Source of the DNA: an uncultured Methanolobus sp.
GTDB taxonomy: Archaea; Halobacteriota; Methanosarcinia; Methanosarcinales; Methanosarcinaceae
DNA length: 64,000 nucleotides
NCBI GenBank assembly: GCA_963675495.1
Contig: OY776215.1
Span: 1,728,001 to 1,792,000 of the forward strand
Reading direction: 5' to 3'
Part shown: in pieces, positions 60,130 to 64,000 of the stretch
Position numbering within the stretch: position 1 is the first letter of the stretch
Layout of the letters: each line of letters opens with the position of its first letter
Notes under the pieces: generated by a model
What the model saw: the letters and a program-made list of their open reading frames with translations, nothing else
Databases searched by the model: none
Told to the model about the DNA's origin: nothing
Position numbers and translations under genes: made by a program

Positions 60130-60666
60130 ATGACAAAGATCTTAGCTTTTGTTGGAATGCCGGCTTCTGGTAAATCAGAAGCAGCATCAGTCCTGCGCCA
60201 AAAAGGTGTCACGGTTATCAATATGGGAGATGTCATCAGGGAAGAGGTCGTCCGCAGAGGACTGGAACCTACTGATGCTAACACAGGTGGTGTAGGCACC
60301 GACCTGCGTGAGAAGGAAGGAAGAAATGCCGTTGCAAAGCGATGTATTCCTAAGATCAGGGATGCAAATGAAGACTTCATCGGTATCGATGGCGTGCGTA
60401 GTGTTCCTGAGGTCGAGCTCTTTAAAGAGGCATTCGGAAACGACTTTACCCTGGTGTCTGTTGATTCCCCACTTGAACTGAGATTTTCACGTGTCCTGGC
60501 ACGTAAAAGAAGTGATGATATGCAGGATATCAGTGCTTTGAAGGCCAGGGATGAGCGTGAACTCGGATGGGGTATGGGGGAGGCAATGGAAGTTGCCGAT
60601 CTGGTTATCGATAATAATGGCACCCTTGAAGAGTTCAATGATAAGATAACAGCACTTATGGAATAG
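60130..60666 (+). CDS. UPF0200 P-loop nucleotide kinase-like protein
   Basis: GMPASGKS, IDGVRS and RDERELGWG motifs. Confidence 0.8.
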   Translation: MTKILAFVGMPASGKSEAASVLRQKGVTVINMGDVIREEVVRRGLEPTDANTGGVGTDLREKEGRNAVAKRCIPKIRDANEDFIGIDGVRSVPEVELFKEAFGNDFTLVSVDSPLELRFSRVLARKRSDDMQDISALKARDERELGWGMGEAMEVADLVIDNNGTLEEFNDKITALME

Positions 60667-60671
60667 TTATC

Positions 60672-61115
60672 ATGATAAAAGTCGAAGTTTCAGCGATTGT
60701 GAATCCAACAGAGAGTAAGGATAAAGTACACTCTGCACTGGTACAGATTTTCCCTGACAATGATTTTGAATATGAGGAGCTGTCGGAGCACAGTGGTAGA
60801 TTCTCAGCTGAAGGTGACGTCTATACTCTCGAACATCTCCACTACTTAATCAGGGATGAGCAGATCATAGACACCTCACGCACAAGGTTGAATGTGGGAT
60901 TGACAGAGGATGAGATGTCTACTTCTTTTATCATAAGCAAACAGGTCGCCACAGTTGGGCGTCTGAACTATCCTGCACAGGCAGAACCTCTCGGTTCGAT
61001 CAACATTAATGTCAGTGCGGATTCCGTAGAAGAATTTGAAAGATTTTATGACTGGCTGACCCCACCTACCGAGGACGGAGTCCCTGATTTTGAAATGGAT
61101 ATAAAGGATGTTTAA
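60672..61115 (+). CDS. UPF0201 RNA-binding domain protein
   Basis: VNPTES, I.DT.R and KQVA motifs; usual partner of UPF0200. Confidence 0.75.
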   Translation: MIKVEVSAIVNPTESKDKVHSALVQIFPDNDFEYEELSEHSGRFSAEGDVYTLEHLHYLIRDEQIIDTSRTRLNVGLTEDEMSTSFIISKQVATVGRLNYPAQAEPLGSININVSADSVEEFERFYDWLTPPTEDGVPDFEMDIKDV

Positions 61116-61890
61116 AATGAATATCAAGAACCTTAGTTTCTCATCACGTGCTGTTATCGACGATCCCTTTGAGTGGGCTTACGGTATTGAAGATATCGGA
61201 TACACCGGTTGGGAGATAGTTCAGGAAGGTTCACAGTGCCTGACAGAAGAAAATCTGTCCAAATTTACTGAGGTCAGGGAAACCACGGACCTCAAGTTAA
61301 GTATGCATCTTCCTTTTTCCGATATGAATCTTGCAGGCCTGAACCCAGGTATACACGGTGAGGTTATGCGACAGATGAAGTATTATCTCGATATGGCATC
61401 TGAGCTTGTTGAAGTAGCTGTGCTGCATCCTGGTTACCTATCTCCATACGGTTCCAAGTTACCTGAGAAGTCATGGGATACATGTATAGAGTCCATTCAG
61501 ATACTGTGTGACCACTCAGCTGATATGGGTATTACAATAGCTGTTGAGAACATGCCAAATTTCCACAAGATATTTGGCCGGTATCCGAGTGAGATGCTGG
61601 ATATACTAAAACAGGTGGGCAGGGATAACGTGGGTATGACCCTTGATGTGGGACACGCCAACACAATGGGGCTTCTGGATGAGTTCGTAGTAAAGTGCAA
61701 AAACAAACTCTCACACATGCATATCCATGACAACAACGGGGCACGTGACGAGCACCTTCCTCTCGGACAGGGCAATATCGACTGGAAAAAACTCATGGGA
61801 AGCCTGTCTGGCTACAAAGGCAGAATGGTCACTGAAATGGGCAGCCTTGATGAAGGCAGGCATTGTGTTGAGTTCCTGAAGAACCTTTAG
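61108..61890 (+). CDS. Sugar phosphate isomerase/epimerase-like TIM barrel (AP endonuclease 2 family)
   Basis: HLPF, VLHPG, VENMP, LDVGHA and HIHDN.G..DEHL motifs. Confidence 0.85.
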   Translation: MFKMNIKNLSFSSRAVIDDPFEWAYGIEDIGYTGWEIVQEGSQCLTEENLSKFTEVRETTDLKLSMHLPFSDMNLAGLNPGIHGEVMRQMKYYLDMASELVEVAVLHPGYLSPYGSKLPEKSWDTCIESIQILCDHSADMGITIAVENMPNFHKIFGRYPSEMLDILKQVGRDNVGMTLDVGHANTMGLLDEFVVKCKNKLSHMHIHDNNGARDEHLPLGQGNIDWKKLMGSLSGYKGRMVTEMGSLDEGRHCVEFLKNL

Positions 61891-61949
61891 TTCATCAGAA
61901 AACCAGAAAGTCTGAACTAATCACAAAACAAAAACAAGTTTTTCTCTTT

Positions 61950-62120
61950 CTATTCTTCAAGCCTGCCGTGTCTGCGGTCTATATCATCCATCTGGTCCAG
62001 TAGTTTGCGGATGGCTGCCCTTATGGCATCAGCCTGTGTAATGAACTTCTTGTTGTCTCCAACATGGCTGTTAAGGTCATTTAGGAGTTCCTGGGGAATG
62101 TCAACACTCACTTTTGGCAT
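61950..62120 (-). CDS. CopG/ribbon-helix-helix protein (56 aa)
   Basis: Manual translation MPKVSVDIPQELLNDLNSHVGDNKKFITQADAIRAAIRKLLDQMDDIDRRHGRLEE; AGGTGA RBS. Confidence 0.85.
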   Translation of the reverse strand: MPKVSVDIPQELLNDLNSHVGDNKKFITQADAIRAAIRKLLDQMDDIDRRHGRLEE

Positions 62121-62236
62121 GTTTTCACCTTTTTTAAGAGCATAAAGGGCGAAGATAGATAAGGCTAATGGAATATCGGTTTCAGTTCAAAAAAGGAAAT
62201 GGGAATGTTTTTCTGAAAAATAAGGGTTTGGATTTA

Positions 62237-63064
62237 TTACCGAGGTCTGAAGATCAACATTAGTGAGATAATCATCAGAAGGGTCAGGGCTGAGAAGCCA
62301 GGGGTGGTGTTAGATGACTGGCTCTCAGTGTCATCCACCGCTAAACCTTCTTTTATAAATGCAACGGGCACTTCTTTGCCTGATATTTTCATTGAATTTT
62401 TGTTGATTAGTTCATAGATTTCGTCTATTTGGGAATTTGTGATTTCCACATCCTGACGCAGCATTACACTGTAACATCCTTCAATATTCCAGCCGTTGCC
62501 AATTACCGGTCCATTAGGATACCTGTAGGTTTTAATGTCTTCACGGGTAGCCTTGTGTATGGCATCGAGATTGGAATAACATTCCTGTTTCTGTTCTTCA
62601 GAGGTAAATACTGGCAAATCCCCTCTTATTTCTATCAGATGAGGATCTTTTTCGATGCTGTATGTATTAGCAGGACTCGTGGCTTCCATCTCTGGTATCC
62701 ATTCATCTCCCTGTCCTTTTGCAGCTTTTTCCTTTTCGGCAACAGCTACTGAAATATCAAGTGCTTTTTTTGCCGCATTAAGGTCATCTTCATTATTATC
62801 GGGATATCTTTCCCAGGCATCTATCAGGCCTTGTTTCAGTTCGGTCTTTTCATTCTCTGACAGATCAGACTCCTCGACCCACACCAGCATAAGCTCTTTA
62901 TCATTTTCTTCGAGATTCAACATCATACCTGCCATTACATAGTAGCCTTTTTCCTGATCAGGTCCGTTCTCAGTGGCTGTACCGCCTACTATACATGCAG
63001 CTATAGTAGCAATAAGCAGAATTGATACAATGATCGTGTTTATGGTTCCCCTGTGATCTTTCAT
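62237..63064 (-). CDS. Secreted surface protein with PGF-CTERM sorting signal
   Basis: N-terminal signal peptide; C-terminal TPGF plus TM helix plus RPR (archaeosortase target). Confidence 0.8.
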   Translation of the reverse strand: MKDHRGTINTIIVSILLIATIAACIVGGTATENGPDQEKGYYVMAGMMLNLEENDKELMLVWVEESDLSENEKTELKQGLIDAWERYPDNNEDDLNAAKKALDISVAVAEKEKAAKGQGDEWIPEMEATSPANTYSIEKDPHLIEIRGDLPVFTSEEQKQECYSNLDAIHKATREDIKTYRYPNGPVIGNGWNIEGCYSVMLRQDVEITNSQIDEIYELINKNSMKISGKEVPVAFIKEGLAVDDTESQSSNTTPGFSALTLLMIISLMLIFRPR

Positions 63065-63292
63065 TCTCCCACCTTTTAAAGGGTCATAGGGTATGTATAG
63101 TTTCAGGTTTGGAAGCTTAGCTACCCCGTCCCAGCATGTTGAATTATACTTAGAATACAAGAACTGATGTATAGCAAGTTATAATGTTAAGAAACATTGT
63201 TCTGAACCTATGATCTGGGACTTTTTGGTAGGATATGAATACAGCAAATGCTAGTAAACAATGATATTCTCAAAAAAAGTGATTATAAGATG

Positions 63293-63366
63293 CGAGCCGG
63301 AAGGGAGTTGAACCCCTGGCCTACGGATTAAGAGTCCGTCGCTCTGCCTGGCTAAGCTACCGGCCC
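63293..63366 (-). tRNA. tRNA-Lys(CTT)
   Basis: GGGCCGG/CCGGCTC acceptor stem, ACGGA-CT CTT AA-TCCGT anticodon arm and GGTTCAACTCC T arm; CCA not encoded. Confidence 0.95.
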
Positions 63367-63439
63367 GCGCTGATTGAGCGAGATGTCCATACGTATTAGC
63401 CTGATATATACGTTTCGGTTAAAGGTGTTTGAGGGGAAC

Positions 63440-64000
63440 TCAAACATGCTTCACAACACATCTTGAAAGTCCCATGATCTCAACCATATCACTGTTATCA
63501 GGACTCTGAACTATCATCTGGCCTTTTTTCAGGTATGGGATACGTTTCTCGAATTCTTTTTTGACCTTCATTGTATTGATGGCCGCATCATTGCTCAGGT
63601 TAAGGATGATGCGTGTGTTTATCTGCTTGAATATTGTCTCATCGATGTCCTGAGGGTCCTGTGTTATCAAAAAGAGTCCGAGTCCTTCCTTTCTTCCCTG
63701 ACGTGCAGCATCTGCGAACTTGGAGATGAGCCGCCTTGAATGCTCTCCACCTGCCTTTGCAAGATAGCGGTGTGCCTCATCAAGTCCTAGGATGATGGGT
63801 GTTTCCTTCACCGCAGTCTCGCCGGAAGTGTTCAGTTTGTTATCCACTATCAGGCTCATCAAAGTGAGGGTTATGATGTCACGTATACGTGAATTTGTTA
63901 TATACTCTGTAGGGAAAACACTGACCTGTCCTGGTTTGAATATCTGTCCAAGTACCTCGCTTATGGGTCTTGCCGGCTGGTCGAACACTTTTGCAAGGGC
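63440..64000 (-). CDS. HerA/FtsK-like ATPase (C-terminal part)
   Basis: LDEAHRY Walker B, ARQGRKEG and ITQDP motifs; runs off the window edge. Confidence 0.85.
   Translation of the reverse strand, partial: ALAKVFDQPARPISEVLGQIFKPGQVSVFPTEYITNSRIRDIITLTLMSLIVDNKLNTSGETAVKETPIILGLDEAHRYLAKAGGEHSRRLISKFADAARQGRKEGLGLFLITQDPQDIDETIFKQINTRIILNLSNDAAINTMKVKKEFEKRIPYLKKGQMIVQSPDNSDMVEIMGLSRCVVKHV

Noticed and set aside
62237-63366. Integrated element at tRNA-Lys
   Set aside because: No integrase and no duplicated tRNA 3' end seen.
63440-64000. HerA-based defence system
   Set aside because: Only a C-terminal fragment is visible and any partner genes lie outside the window; it may be a housekeeping HerA.

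Overview
Archaeal chromosomal window from a methylotrophic methanogen of the Methanosarcinaceae (Methanolobus-like is an inference from gene content and low GC). The first 17.5 kb is a methylamine/pyrrolysine island. Its minus strand carries mtbA (partial), an SOR-like protein, small membrane proteins, the permease mtmP, mtmB (in-frame amber, Pyl202) and mtmC. Its plus strand carries two winged-HTH regulators, a dCache histidine kinase and receiver, a tandem non-coding repeat, pylSBCD and ramA; no pylT is visible. The island lies next to the replication origin (PolD DP1, signal peptidase, cdc6/orc1, five ORB boxes around an AT-rich segment). The rest is housekeeping and accessory genes: mfnA, ftr, copB, RNase HI, dinB, cysE/cysK, an aRF1 paralog, a second amine-type APC permease, SulP, nth, the por operon, dus, tRNA-Lys(CTT) and a partial HerA-like ATPase. 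The most novel signals are unannotated small membrane proteins tied to both permeases (a 36-aa ORF upstream of mtmP and twin 54-aa paralogs flanking the second permease), an NrpR-type operator upstream of that second permease, and a duplicated promoter-plus-structured-RNA unit where pylT normally sits.
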